Positions 46,723 through 56,156 of a stretch of 64,000 nucleotides of DNA are shown one piece after another. Made by a program: the position numbers and the translations under genes. Source of the stretch: an uncultured Verrucomicrobiae bacterium. GTDB taxonomy: Bacteria; Verrucomicrobiota; Verrucomicrobiia; Limisphaerales; Palsa-1400. Position 1 is the stretch's first letter; every line of letters starts with the position of its first letter. Under the pieces are notes generated by a model. It saw only the letters and a list, made by a program, of their open reading frames with translations, ran no database searches and was not told the DNA's origin. The stretch is from assembly GCA_963702845.1 (NCBI GenBank), contig OY969763.1:3680001-3744000 (forward strand). The letters are read 5' to 3'.

Positions 46723-47985
46723 TTAGGCGAGATACGGAATCGTCAACGGTCCCTGCGGCAACACAGCCACTCGCGCATTCGGGCCGAGTTCCGCCAATTT
46801 TTGCCGCACCGTTTCACCAATGTCGTGGCAGGGAGTGAGGAAAACCCGGCGCACCATGTCGTCCGGCAACGAACTGTGAAGGAGAACATTGGCGCGGCGT
46901 TGGATCAGTGCTTGAATCTGCGCCTGCCACTGTTCCGGGCGAACAAACCCGGGCGTGCTGAGCATGGTCAGAATTTCTTCCGGACTTTTCGCGCTCAGTA
47001 AGAGTTTTTCAAGCGGGCTCTTCGGCGGAATACCTTCGCAACATTCGCACGCCAAAATCATCATGCCACCCGACTCGATAATTCGCGCCGCAGCGCTCAT
47101 ACCTTTGACGCCCTGATAAAGATTCAAGTCCAGCGGATATCCGCTGTTGGTCGTGATGACGATTTCAAAAGGTGCTTTGACCTTTTGCATCGCGGACTTG
47201 CGCACAAATTCGAAACCAACTTTGTGCGCTTGCAAAATATCGCCCGCGAAAACCCCAGTGATGCCGCGATCGTTGTTAAGGCTGACGTTGAGGAGAAACG
47301 ATGAACCGATGCGTAGCGCGATGTCGCGCAATTCTTCCCAGAGCGGGTTTCCATCAGTGATGCCAAAAGTTGCTTTCGGGTCGCCGATATTTTTCGCGCC
47401 ATGATTGCTCATCACGGTCTCCAGCCCAGCGCATCCGGGCATGATGCCTTTGATGCCGCCGCTGAAACCGGCGAAGAAATGCGGTTCGATAAACCCAGTG
47501 ATGATCCGAACATCAGCCTGGGCGAGCGTGCGATTCAACAGCGCAGGCGTTCCGTCGCGCGTCGTGCCGAATTGAACGAGAGCATCGGGGTTTTCCGGCT
47601 CGTGATTGATGACGCGGTAATTGCGAACCACCTCAGGCGTGAGCAGCTTTTGCAACTCCTCTCGGGTATTCGGTCGATGCGTCCCGAGCTGATTCAACAA
47701 CGTGACGTTCTCGCGCGGAACGAAATTCAAATATTCGAGCAACCAGGGAATCAACCGATGATTTGGAGTCGCTCGGGTCAGGTCAGTGAACGCGATCACG
47801 ATCCGGTCCGTCGGCTTAATCCAATCGCGCAGCGGCTTTGTGCCGATTGGGTTGGCCAAGGCGGCCAGCACGGCGCCTTTTTCGTCGTCCAATGCGGGAC
47901 TATGCGATGGCTCGATGACCGTGGTGCGGTCATCGGGCAAATCGACGGCAATATGGCCCCGTCCGTATGCGAGTTTTACTTTCAC
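46723..47985 (-). CDS. larA: Nickel-pincer-dependent lactate racemase family protein
   Basis: DLTR, LGTHR, EPHFFAGFSGG.K, NH, GYPLDLNLYQ.VKG. Confidence 0.92.
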   Translation of the reverse strand: MKVKLAYGRGHIAVDLPDDRTTVIEPSHSPALDDEKGAVLAALANPIGTKPLRDWIKPTDRIVIAFTDLTRATPNHRLIPWLLEYLNFVPRENVTLLNQLGTHRPNTREELQKLLTPEVVRNYRVINHEPENPDALVQFGTTRDGTPALLNRTLAQADVRIITGFIEPHFFAGFSGGIKGIMPGCAGLETVMSNHGAKNIGDPKATFGITDGNPLWEELRDIALRIGSSFLLNVSLNNDRGITGVFAGDILQAHKVGFEFVRKSAMQKVKAPFEIVITTNSGYPLDLNLYQGVKGMSAAARIIESGGMMILACECCEGIPPKSPLEKLLLSAKSPEEILTMLSTPGFVRPEQWQAQIQALIQRRANVLLHSSLPDDMVRRVFLTPCHDIGETVRQKLAELGPNARVAVLPQGPLTIPYLA

Positions 47986-48085
47986 TGCGGCGCTAGCGTA
48001 GTCGAAAGAACAGGTACGGCAAAGCGGTTTGTCATTCGGGCTTTAGCCGATTGAGCTTTTCACGGCGACCGCCATACTCAGAAGT

Positions 48086-48394
48086 ATGAAGTCGAAGAAA
48101 AGCGCCCAACCAGTCACACGCAAACGACCGGCTGACATTCAAACATCCATTCGCGAAATTCTTCAAGACGATTGGAACCCGAGTGGATTTGAAGACCTCT
48201 TGCCTGAAGATGTTCAAGCCCATTACATCCTTCCGATTTTGCGCATCCTCGCCGGCAGTCGATCGGAGCGGGAGCTTCTCGACTTCCTGTATCGCACCGG
48301 AGCAGGCTTCGGCGGTGTCGCGCCGGCAACATCAACGGACTACGACCACCTCCGTCCGATCGCACGAAAACTTCTTACGCTGAAGTTTGTTTGA
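48086..48394 (+). CDS. Small hypothetical protein
   Basis: 102 aa with IREIL..DWNP.G; CATACT box 7 nt upstream. Confidence 0.6.
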   Translation: MKSKKSAQPVTRKRPADIQTSIREILQDDWNPSGFEDLLPEDVQAHYILPILRILAGSRSERELLDFLYRTGAGFGGVAPATSTDYDHLRPIARKLLTLKFV

Positions 48395-48432
48395 CGTGAA
48401 GATTGAGCGTCGCGATGGAAACCTATTTTCCT

Positions 48433-48460
48433 TTAGCGTTTGGCTTTTAGCATTTAGCCT
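48433..48460. repeat. Heptamer tandem repeat, (TTRGCNT) x4
   Basis: TTAGCGT TTGGCTT TTAGCAT TTAGCCT just upstream of proB. Confidence 0.55.
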
Positions 48461-48469
48461 TAGTTTTTT

Positions 48470-49543
48470 ATGCATCGAGACGGATTGAAGAGCGCCAGCC
48501 GGATTGTCGTCAAGCTCGGCACCGGTGTGCTCACCGACAGCCGCAAGCAACCCGACCTTGTGCAAATGCAACAGTTGGTGTCGCAAGTGGCGGCGCAACG
48601 GGCTGCGGGCAAGGAAGTCGTGTTGGTCAGTTCGGGAGCGGTCGGCGCGGGCATGGGAGTGCTGGGACATGACAGGCGCCCGGCCGAATTGGCGGAGCTG
48701 CAGGCCTGTGCGGCCATCGGCCAATCGCGTTTGATGGCCATTTACGAAAAACTTTTCGGCGAATTCAAGCTGGCGGTTGGCCAAGTGCTCTTGACGCATG
48801 ACGACCTGCAACATCACGAGCGCCACCTCAACGCTCGCAATACTCTCGTTACGTTACTCAAACGCGGCGTTGTGCCAATTATTAACGAGAACGATGCGAT
48901 TTCATTTACCGAACTTAAATTCGGCGACAACGATAAACTGTCGGCGCTGGTGTCGTGTTTGTTGCCGTCGGATTTATTGGTGATTCTCACGACTGTTGAT
49001 GGGTTGATTGAAAATTTTGGCAAAAAGAATCCGCGCACGATACCGACCGTCGAGAACCTCGATGGCACCATTGAAGGACTGGCGGGCGGTGCGGGTAGTG
49101 AGACATCGGTTGGCGGAATGGCGTCGAAAGTCGAAGCCGCGAAGATCGTGATTCGCTCCGGAATTCCGCTGGTGATCGCCTCCGGCAAAAAGAAAGCCGT
49201 TTTGGCGAACATTCTGAACGGAGACGAGGAAGGCACGATCTTCGTCCCGCAGCAAACGAAACTGACTGGACGCAAACGTTGGATCGCGTTCTTCCATCAT
49301 CCCAAAGGTGCGCTGTTCGTCGATGAAGGCGCGCGCACGGCTTTACGTGAAAAAGGTAAGAGCCTGCTGCCGCCGGGTATTTCGCGGTGTGAAGGCGATT
49401 TCGCCGCTGGCGACGTGGTTCGCCTTTGCGACGTGAACGGAACGGAATTTGCGCGCGGCATTTGCGATTTTAATTCAAAGATCGTCCAGACGCGAACCGC
49501 GCCGGGCGTTGTTGTCCACCGCGATAATTTGGTGATCCTGTAA
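48470..49543 (+). CDS. proB: Glutamate 5-kinase
   Basis: VVKLGT, VSSGA, INEND, FGDND, GGM.SK; C-terminal PUA domain ending HRDNL. Confidence 0.96.
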   Translation: MHRDGLKSASRIVVKLGTGVLTDSRKQPDLVQMQQLVSQVAAQRAAGKEVVLVSSGAVGAGMGVLGHDRRPAELAELQACAAIGQSRLMAIYEKLFGEFKLAVGQVLLTHDDLQHHERHLNARNTLVTLLKRGVVPIINENDAISFTELKFGDNDKLSALVSCLLPSDLLVILTTVDGLIENFGKKNPRTIPTVENLDGTIEGLAGGAGSETSVGGMASKVEAAKIVIRSGIPLVIASGKKKAVLANILNGDEEGTIFVPQQTKLTGRKRWIAFFHHPKGALFVDEGARTALREKGKSLLPPGISRCEGDFAAGDVVRLCDVNGTEFARGICDFNSKIVQTRTAPGVVVHRDNLVIL

Positions 49544-49544
49544 A

Positions 49545-50210
49545 TTGATGAAGAAGAACACTGAAGCTCTCAACGAGCTTATTCGCGTTATGGCGAAGCT
49601 GCGGTCGCCGCAAGGCTGCCCGTGGGACCGCGAGCAGACGCACAAATCGATTCGGTTTTACCTGATTGAAGAAGCGTATGAGTTGCTCGACGCGATCGAA
49701 GCGGAGGACGATCACGAGATGGCCGAAGAACTCGGCGACTTGTTGTTGCACGTCATTTTCCATTGCCAGCTTGCCCGTGAACGTGGGGCGTTCGATTTCG
49801 AGAATGTAGCAAAGCACGTCACCGAGAAATTGATTCGGCGTCATCCGCATGTCTTCGGTGAAACGAAAGTAAAAGACATCGCAGAAGTTTGGGCCAACTG
49901 GGAGCAGATCAAGAAGGCCGAGAAACATGGCACTAAACACGCACGTCCGTCGGCACTCGATGGAATTCCACGACATCTCCCGGCCATGCTCCGCGCCGAA
50001 AAACTCGTGAAGAAAGCGCGTCGCGGGAAGCTCATTGCGCCTGCGAAAAAGACCATCGCTCAAAAGTCGGCCATCGCGAAAAAACTTTTTGCTCTAGCGC
50101 AAACAGCGGAAGCCCACGGCTGGTCCGCTGAAGAACTGCTGCGCACTGAAGTTGGCGCGGTTGAAAAGAAGCTCCGAAAGCAGGAGCAATCCAGACAGTC
50201 GAAAGCCTAA
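49545..50210 (+). CDS. mazG: MazG nucleoside triphosphate pyrophosphohydrolase
   Basis: LR...GCPWDREQT, EEAYE, EELGDLL, KLIRRHPHVF. Confidence 0.92.
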   Translation: MMKKNTEALNELIRVMAKLRSPQGCPWDREQTHKSIRFYLIEEAYELLDAIEAEDDHEMAEELGDLLLHVIFHCQLARERGAFDFENVAKHVTEKLIRRHPHVFGETKVKDIAEVWANWEQIKKAEKHGTKHARPSALDGIPRHLPAMLRAEKLVKKARRGKLIAPAKKTIAQKSAIAKKLFALAQTAEAHGWSAEELLRTEVGAVEKKLRKQEQSRQSKA

Positions 50211-50223
50211 GTTCTCCGAACGC

Positions 50224-53200
50224 TTATTGGAGATGCAAGTAAACACGCGAGCCCTTGGTTGTGATCGCGGCGGTGGATTGAGTCAGAAACACGCGCGCGG
50301 CCTCCACTTTGCCGGTCTTCAGGACGTATTCCTTCACACGTTGCGCGCGATCGTTCGCTAAGGTCTGGAGGTCATCGGTGGACACTTCAATCGTCTCCAA
50401 CAATTGCGATTCCATGTCGTTGGCTGGAACTTTGATATCGTCGAGTGCCGAATTCATCAACTTGGACGCGCCTTTACCATCACTGACCGCGGCAACGCGC
50501 GTCAGTTTGAGGGATGCGGCGCGGTTCGTCGAAACCACCCCGTTCGTAGAGATGATCCCAGCGATAAGCGCGGCGGCGTAGGTTTCTTTCAAATACTGGG
50601 TTCGCTCTTGTGGTGTGATCTGGATTGATTCCGGTTTGGTGTCGGACTGGTCCGATTTGCGCATCGCGTTCCACTTTGTGAGACGGAAATTCTTTTCGAG
50701 TTTTTGACGGCGCAACGCGGTCAGATCGGTTTTGCTGTCGATACTACCTTCAACTTCAAGTTGCAGACCGGGACGTTCGTAGAAGCCATTGACCAAAGCG
50801 TCCAGTTTTTCGACGCTCGCGGGCAACAGTTCGCTACGGCCGGGCTCGAAATCCTGGAAGCTGATTTCATCGCCCTTGCCGCCGAATACGGCACCCAAGG
50901 CGGCGAATGGCGAGGTGACGATTTTGGTGAGGACGTTAAGAATGGCTCCCCGGATGACTTTGCCGAGGTGAAAACTCGGATCATCGATTGAACCATCGAT
51001 CGGGACGTCGAGTTCGATTTTGCCGTTGCGATCTTTCAGAACGGCGATGGCGAGTTTGATGGGAAGTTTCGTTGCGTCGGGACCAGAGATTTTTTCACCG
51101 AGCATGAGTTGGTCGACGACGATGACGTTTGAGGATTTGAACTTTCGATCGGCGAGGTTGTAGCGCAGGTCGAGGCTGAGTTTGCCTTTGTTGAGACGAT
51201 ATCCGAGGAACTTCACCGAATACGGACCGGTCGGGTGCAGATCGATGGCTTTGAAAAGGATGTTCAGTTCGGTCGGCTGCTTTTGATTTAGGGGGTTTAG
51301 TTTGCCGGTGATTTCGACGGGGGCGGTGTTGTCGACTTTGCCGATGAGGTGGAGGTCAGCGCGTTGAAGGTCGTCGGTTGAAATACCGGAGATTTTGCCG
51401 CTGACTTGCTGGAGCGATGCATTAACGGGCGGTTGGATGGACCGATCTGTGAATTGAAGGTTAGCGTTCGAGAGGACGATGGATGCGATGGAAATTTTTG
51501 CCGGCAACGTGACTGCGGTGGCGTTGGTGAGCGAACGTTCGGCGTCAGAGAACATTGTGAGTTGTTTTTTGCCGCGCTTTTTCCTCGACGTGGCTTCCTT
51601 CGCAACGACGGATGCGGCGTCGGCGTTGGTTGTGCCGAGGTGAAGCGCTGTCAGGATGTTGATGGTGTGATTGGTTTCGATAAGCAGACGCGCGTAGGCA
51701 TCATCCACGGAAATGTCTTTGATGGTGACGACGGGCGGATTGAGGTTGGCGTTGATGCCGGAGACGCGGAGCGAACTCCATTTTACGAAATCTTCGCCAA
51801 TCATGCCATCGACGGTGGAGAAATCGGTGAGACGGACGTCGCCCTGGAAGGTGACTTCGGGAAGCGCCTCGTTAGTGCGAACAAGATGAATGGTACCGTC
51901 CATGCCGACTTTGCTGCGCATGATGTAAATATTGACGTGCGGCTCGAGATACGGATCGATCGGTCGCAAGGCGAGATTATCGATGGCAAGTTTGACTTCA
52001 GCGCGTGGGGGTGCGAGCCCGGCATTGACGGTCGCGCGGACAATGCCGTTGGTTTCCCAACGCAACGAGAGATCAGCGGTCATATCTTTGCCGGGGACAT
52101 TGGAGAGTTCTTTGGCGTTGAGCGAGATTTGGTCGAGATCAAGGTGCGCGGGGCGGGCGTTAGCGAGGTCTTCGAGATGCAACGCACAATTGGTGACGGT
52201 GATGTCGTGAACAATGCCGCTGGAAAGATTGGTGCTGTTGAGAAGCATGGCGAACGCGTTGGTGACGGATTGCAGGAGGAACAGAATTCCGCCCGGCGCG
52301 TTGGTGGCGTTTTCGACGGGCTTGGCGATTTCGAGCAGATTGACGGTGTCATCTTTTCCGCGGCGGACAACGAATCGTGCGTCCTTAGCCAAGACAGAAT
52401 TAACCTCCCCTGTTCGGTGCATGGCATCAGCACTCGCGCCGACAACCGACAGTTGCGGTAGGTCGACGATGTTTTCGGCGTTGTCTTTTTCGCCAACTTT
52501 GAGTGATTCCAGGCGGAAGGTTGTATTGGTGACGGTGAAGATGTTGGTAGTGGCGCTTTTTACAATATTGTAAGTGGAACGCAGGCTGATCGTGCCGTCG
52601 CGAATGTCGAAACGAACGAAGTCCTGATAGAGCGGCGCGTATTTGTTAAGCGAGACGTTGTCCAAGGTCACTTCGCCTTCGGAACGGATAGGATCGAGAT
52701 AGAAATAACCAGCCCAACTAAACTTCTCGCCGGCGTCGGTCGTGCCAGCAAATGAATAGGGATTCTTACTGGATGGATCGGTATAGAATTTCGTGAGCGT
52801 GACTTCGAGCGGACCGACGGTACGGTGGAACGGCTGGCGCGGCGTCATATCCGTGAGCGACGCTTTCGCGCCACTGATGCGGAGGAGTTCGATACGGAGC
52901 GCGAGTGGCGTTTTGGCAGACACCGGTGTTGCAGAAGGTTTAGAATACTTTTCGACGAGATCGGAAAAATTCATCGAGTAATCTTTGTTCACCTGCACGC
53001 GCACGTAGGGATTCGAAGTGCTGACTTCTTTGAAAACCCAAGGATGGCCGAGGAAGGAAATTGCTTCGAAATTTACGTAGACCTCGTCCCAGGACAGAAA
53101 CGGCTCGCCGTCTTTATCTTTGATGAGCAGGCCGCGAATGGTCGTGGATAGCGCGTAGGGGTTGATCTTAATTTTTTCGATCGTTACGGTGCGTCCGAGT

Positions 53201-53349
53201 TCCTGAGACAGGCGCTTTTCGGCGACAGAGCGGATGATCGGTGGCAAGACGAGGAAGCCGACGACGGTATAAAAAAGCACGAGTCCGACAGCCCAATAAA
53301 CGAGCTTTCGGAATCGAGGTGGAATGAAGTTGGTTGCTGGGCTTTTCAT
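50224..53349 (-). CDS. DUF748 AsmA-like protein with C-terminal OmpA-like region
   Basis: 1041 aa; N-terminal TM, repeated beta-rich units, LKDRNG.I.LD.PI.GS..DP, LA..RA..V..Y. Confidence 0.85.
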   Translation of the reverse strand: MKSPATNFIPPRFRKLVYWAVGLVLFYTVVGFLVLPPIIRSVAEKRLSQELGRTVTIEKIKINPYALSTTIRGLLIKDKDGEPFLSWDEVYVNFEAISFLGHPWVFKEVSTSNPYVRVQVNKDYSMNFSDLVEKYSKPSATPVSAKTPLALRIELLRISGAKASLTDMTPRQPFHRTVGPLEVTLTKFYTDPSSKNPYSFAGTTDAGEKFSWAGYFYLDPIRSEGEVTLDNVSLNKYAPLYQDFVRFDIRDGTISLRSTYNIVKSATTNIFTVTNTTFRLESLKVGEKDNAENIVDLPQLSVVGASADAMHRTGEVNSVLAKDARFVVRRGKDDTVNLLEIAKPVENATNAPGGILFLLQSVTNAFAMLLNSTNLSSGIVHDITVTNCALHLEDLANARPAHLDLDQISLNAKELSNVPGKDMTADLSLRWETNGIVRATVNAGLAPPRAEVKLAIDNLALRPIDPYLEPHVNIYIMRSKVGMDGTIHLVRTNEALPEVTFQGDVRLTDFSTVDGMIGEDFVKWSSLRVSGINANLNPPVVTIKDISVDDAYARLLIETNHTINILTALHLGTTNADAASVVAKEATSRKKRGKKQLTMFSDAERSLTNATAVTLPAKISIASIVLSNANLQFTDRSIQPPVNASLQQVSGKISGISTDDLQRADLHLIGKVDNTAPVEITGKLNPLNQKQPTELNILFKAIDLHPTGPYSVKFLGYRLNKGKLSLDLRYNLADRKFKSSNVIVVDQLMLGEKISGPDATKLPIKLAIAVLKDRNGKIELDVPIDGSIDDPSFHLGKVIRGAILNVLTKIVTSPFAALGAVFGGKGDEISFQDFEPGRSELLPASVEKLDALVNGFYERPGLQLEVEGSIDSKTDLTALRRQKLEKNFRLTKWNAMRKSDQSDTKPESIQITPQERTQYLKETYAAALIAGIISTNGVVSTNRAASLKLTRVAAVSDGKGASKLMNSALDDIKVPANDMESQLLETIEVSTDDLQTLANDRAQRVKEYVLKTGKVEAARVFLTQSTAAITTKGSRVYLHLQ

Positions 53350-53581
53350 AACCGGACTACGCGTCTTACACTAAAGAAATCAGCAGGGCATACAAGGCAC
53401 GAGTCAGTAAGGTTCACATCAGGTAATGGGACGTCGGCATCCAGCAGCGATCCTGTTAACAGAATACAAGATTAGCCGTTCGCCACACCGGTGCTTTACC
53501 CTATCTCTTTGACTACAATACCGTGCCTGCTGATGCTCGTGGCGTTTAGGAAAAACAACGAATCAACCAAAGGGTTCCCAA

Positions 53582-54223
53582 ATGAAAAAAGCGATAGTCA
53601 TGGCGGTGTTTTGCCTCACTTGCATTGCTGAAGCGAACGCGCAACTGGTCAAACAGACGATTTATTTATCACTGATAGGATATCAGGCCCCCGAAACCAG
53701 CAGCACCGTAGGTTATGTGACGCGTCTTACTCCTAAGGCGTTTTCGATAACCGACCGCGCCATTTGCTTCGTCGTAGCGCACGATAACTATATCACGGTG
53801 AAGTATCCCCAATTGATCAGGGTTACTGATATTTCCGGGAATTTCATCGGCTATTACGTGACCGACGGTGGCAGAGTTGTCGCTGATGCGGGCTATTATA
53901 TCGGTCGTGTTGCGCATGATTTCAACGTAAGTTCCGGATCGGAAGTATACAGTCCATCCACTGGCCTGTATACGGTCACAGAGCTAAGCCACGCTTACGA
54001 CACCTGGGGTCTAGGGCTGATGAATGTCTCCGGTCTGGACACGATCAACGCGCGATATGCATTTCCGCCCGGTGCCTCTGATTCCACAAAGTTCAGTTCG
54101 TGGAATTTTTCCGCCCCAATTTCCGGAGGTTATACCAACTCGGACACTGGAACTTACACTTGTTGCAGTGGTACGATTCGGGGAACGTCGGCTATCATCA
54201 AAAGCATTCCTGGCCTGCCGTAA
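53582..54223 (+). CDS. Secreted beta-rich hypothetical protein
   Basis: Signal peptide ending ANA; Tyr/Thr/Ser-rich. Confidence 0.7.
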   Translation: MKKAIVMAVFCLTCIAEANAQLVKQTIYLSLIGYQAPETSSTVGYVTRLTPKAFSITDRAICFVVAHDNYITVKYPQLIRVTDISGNFIGYYVTDGGRVVADAGYYIGRVAHDFNVSSGSEVYSPSTGLYTVTELSHAYDTWGLGLMNVSGLDTINARYAFPPGASDSTKFSSWNFSAPISGGYTNSDTGTYTCCSGTIRGTSAIIKSIPGLP

Positions 54224-54235
54224 CAGAACGCCGCG

Positions 54236-54814
54236 ATGAGGCCGAAAGTAATACTAGGCGCACTTTGCGTCGCAATGCTGGCACTTTGCGTTGGTTACTT
54301 CATTTCCAAGACCACGAGCATGAGCGGTCCGAAGGAAGCAGCGAGCCGTGTTACAAATTCGCTTTCATCCCCTGTTCCCAAAGCGACGCGATCTCGTGCG
54401 ACTGTCGTAAGCGCAGCGCAAATCGACGCTGCCGCCCAATCTGAAACGCAAAAGCAACTGGCCGAAATCGATGATGCGATGCACGTGGTCACCGAACAAA
54501 CACTTCCGCTGCTAACTGCCAAGCTGTTGGCTGACGACCAACAGTTACGGCAAGCCGCTGTCTCGAATCTTGTCGCACTCGCAGACCGTGCGGCTGTCCC
54601 TCCCCTATTGGATGCGGCACACCGTGTCACCGATTCAGAGGAGAAAGCAAACATCCTGAAGGCGGTTGAATTTCTACAATTGCCGTCGTACGACGAGTTG
54701 GTTGCAGACGGCACGATGAAAGCACTAGGTAAAGTGCCAATGTCGGCGAATCGGATCGGCCAGGAGGCGGAGCACCCGCGACGGTCTGAAAAGCCTGAAT
54801 CGGCCGGCCAATAG
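54236..54814 (+). CDS. Membrane-anchored HEAT-repeat-like protein
   Basis: N-terminal TM; LPLL...L..DD..LRQAAV..L..L.D..AVP.L. Confidence 0.7.
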   Translation: MRPKVILGALCVAMLALCVGYFISKTTSMSGPKEAASRVTNSLSSPVPKATRSRATVVSAAQIDAAAQSETQKQLAEIDDAMHVVTEQTLPLLTAKLLADDQQLRQAAVSNLVALADRAAVPPLLDAAHRVTDSEEKANILKAVEFLQLPSYDELVADGTMKALGKVPMSANRIGQEAEHPRRSEKPESAGQ

Positions 54815-54899
54815 ATGAGCGGGGTCGCACGATTGCTGAGCAACCGCAGCTTGACATTAGAACTGATGAGAGAAAGTCTGCGTCGCAGATACCAATTAA

Positions 54900-55259
54900 A
54901 TGAAAATGATTAATTTTTTCGGAATAGTGGCAGCCAGCGCGGTGTTGGCTTGCGGTTGCATCAGCCACAATGAAACGGTGACGCGCGACGTTTCGCGCAG
55001 GAAAGTTGAATTCGAGAACGATACCGCAGGCCGAATGTTTTACGAAGCGCTGAGCCAAATTTCAAACAGTGGAACCAAGAGCGAAAAGACGAGCGAATTC
55101 GAAATTCCTGTCATACTCGACTACAAGAGGCACGTGGTGACCGGTCCAAATGCTGCTTTCAACGATGCGGTGGACAGGTGCGATACCAACAAGGACGGAA
55201 AGATTACGGAGACTGAGGCGAAGATTTTTGCTGAGCAGGTCAAGCGCTCAGGAAAATAA
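54900..55259 (+). CDS. Lipoprotein with EF-hand-like loop
   Basis: Lipobox LACGC; DTNKDGKITETE. Confidence 0.75.
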   Translation: MKMINFFGIVAASAVLACGCISHNETVTRDVSRRKVEFENDTAGRMFYEALSQISNSGTKSEKTSEFEIPVILDYKRHVVTGPNAAFNDAVDRCDTNKDGKITETEAKIFAEQVKRSGK

Positions 55260-55270
55260 TCAACTAACCA

Positions 55271-55295
55271 GAAGAGGGGCGTCACACCCTCTTCG
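55271..55295. terminator. Hairpin between convergent genes
   Basis: GAAGAGGG...CCCTCTTC stem. Confidence 0.5.
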
Positions 55296-55310
55296 ATTCA
55301 CCTGAGCGAT

Positions 55311-56009
55311 TTACTCGTAATCGCGCTGTGACTTATTCTCCGACGGAGCTTGAGCGCCAGCGGCCTCGTTAATCTTCTGGCCGGGGTCGGTAACGACGTT
55401 CCCATTTTCATCGAATCTCACATTACTTACGACCGTCGCTTCCTGCACCTGCACGGCGACTGCACCTTGCGGCGTGAGGAACATTTCGTGGCGAACGCCA
55501 TCACGACTGAAATCAGCGCGATAGAGCGGTTGGCCATTAACTTCAGTTTGACTCAAGTTGCCGACGGGCGATGTTCCGGCTTCCTGTCGGATCCGTTGCC
55601 GCACCGGTTGCGGTAATTGATCGAATCCCATTTGTGATTTTTCAGATTTCGACAGATCGACATTCCCAGCGAATACCGTCGATTCTCGCAACGCCACCAT
55701 TGACCCGTCCGGAGCCACTGTCACCCTGCCCATGGTTCGACCATGATCGAACGTCGCGCTATAGTATTCCTGACCGTTTTGTGTCATCGAACGAACGGCT
55801 TTTGGAATCATTCCGCCCGAATATTGCAAGATTGTCTTTTTCGCTGGTTGCGGCAATTGGCCAAACGAAATCTTCTGGCCAAGATCCTGCGTCTGCAATG
55901 CTGAGTTGCCTGATTGCACGGATAATGGACTGTCATTGGCTGCATGAACCAATAGAGCTGTCGAACTGGCGATTACGGCCACAAACAATGTTTTTACGTT
56001 ATATTTCAT
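55311..56009 (-). CDS. Exported PepSY-like tandem-domain protein
   Basis: Signal peptide; two repeats starting F.QLPQP...I and containing NGQ..Y.A.F..G. Confidence 0.75.
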   Translation of the reverse strand: MKYNVKTLFVAVIASSTALLVHAANDSPLSVQSGNSALQTQDLGQKISFGQLPQPAKKTILQYSGGMIPKAVRSMTQNGQEYYSATFDHGRTMGRVTVAPDGSMVALRESTVFAGNVDLSKSEKSQMGFDQLPQPVRQRIRQEAGTSPVGNLSQTEVNGQPLYRADFSRDGVRHEMFLTPQGAVAVQVQEATVVSNVRFDENGNVVTDPGQKINEAAGAQAPSENKSQRDYE

Positions 56010-56156
56010 AAACCCTCCCTAGCTTCAGCCTGCCATAAACACCCCGAACGGCAACTCGGGGGAGGCATGTATTCCTCCCTAGGCATTTATTGCAGGCCAA
56101 GACGAACCCTAATAAAGATGTTTTGGCAACTGGCAGTCTGTCGTTATTCTCCCGTG

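Noticed and set aside
53379..53534. 9-bp inverted repeat ATCAGCAGG/CCTGCTGAT about 140 bp apart (possible MITE)
   Set aside because: Too short, no target-site duplication, and no second copy seen in the window.
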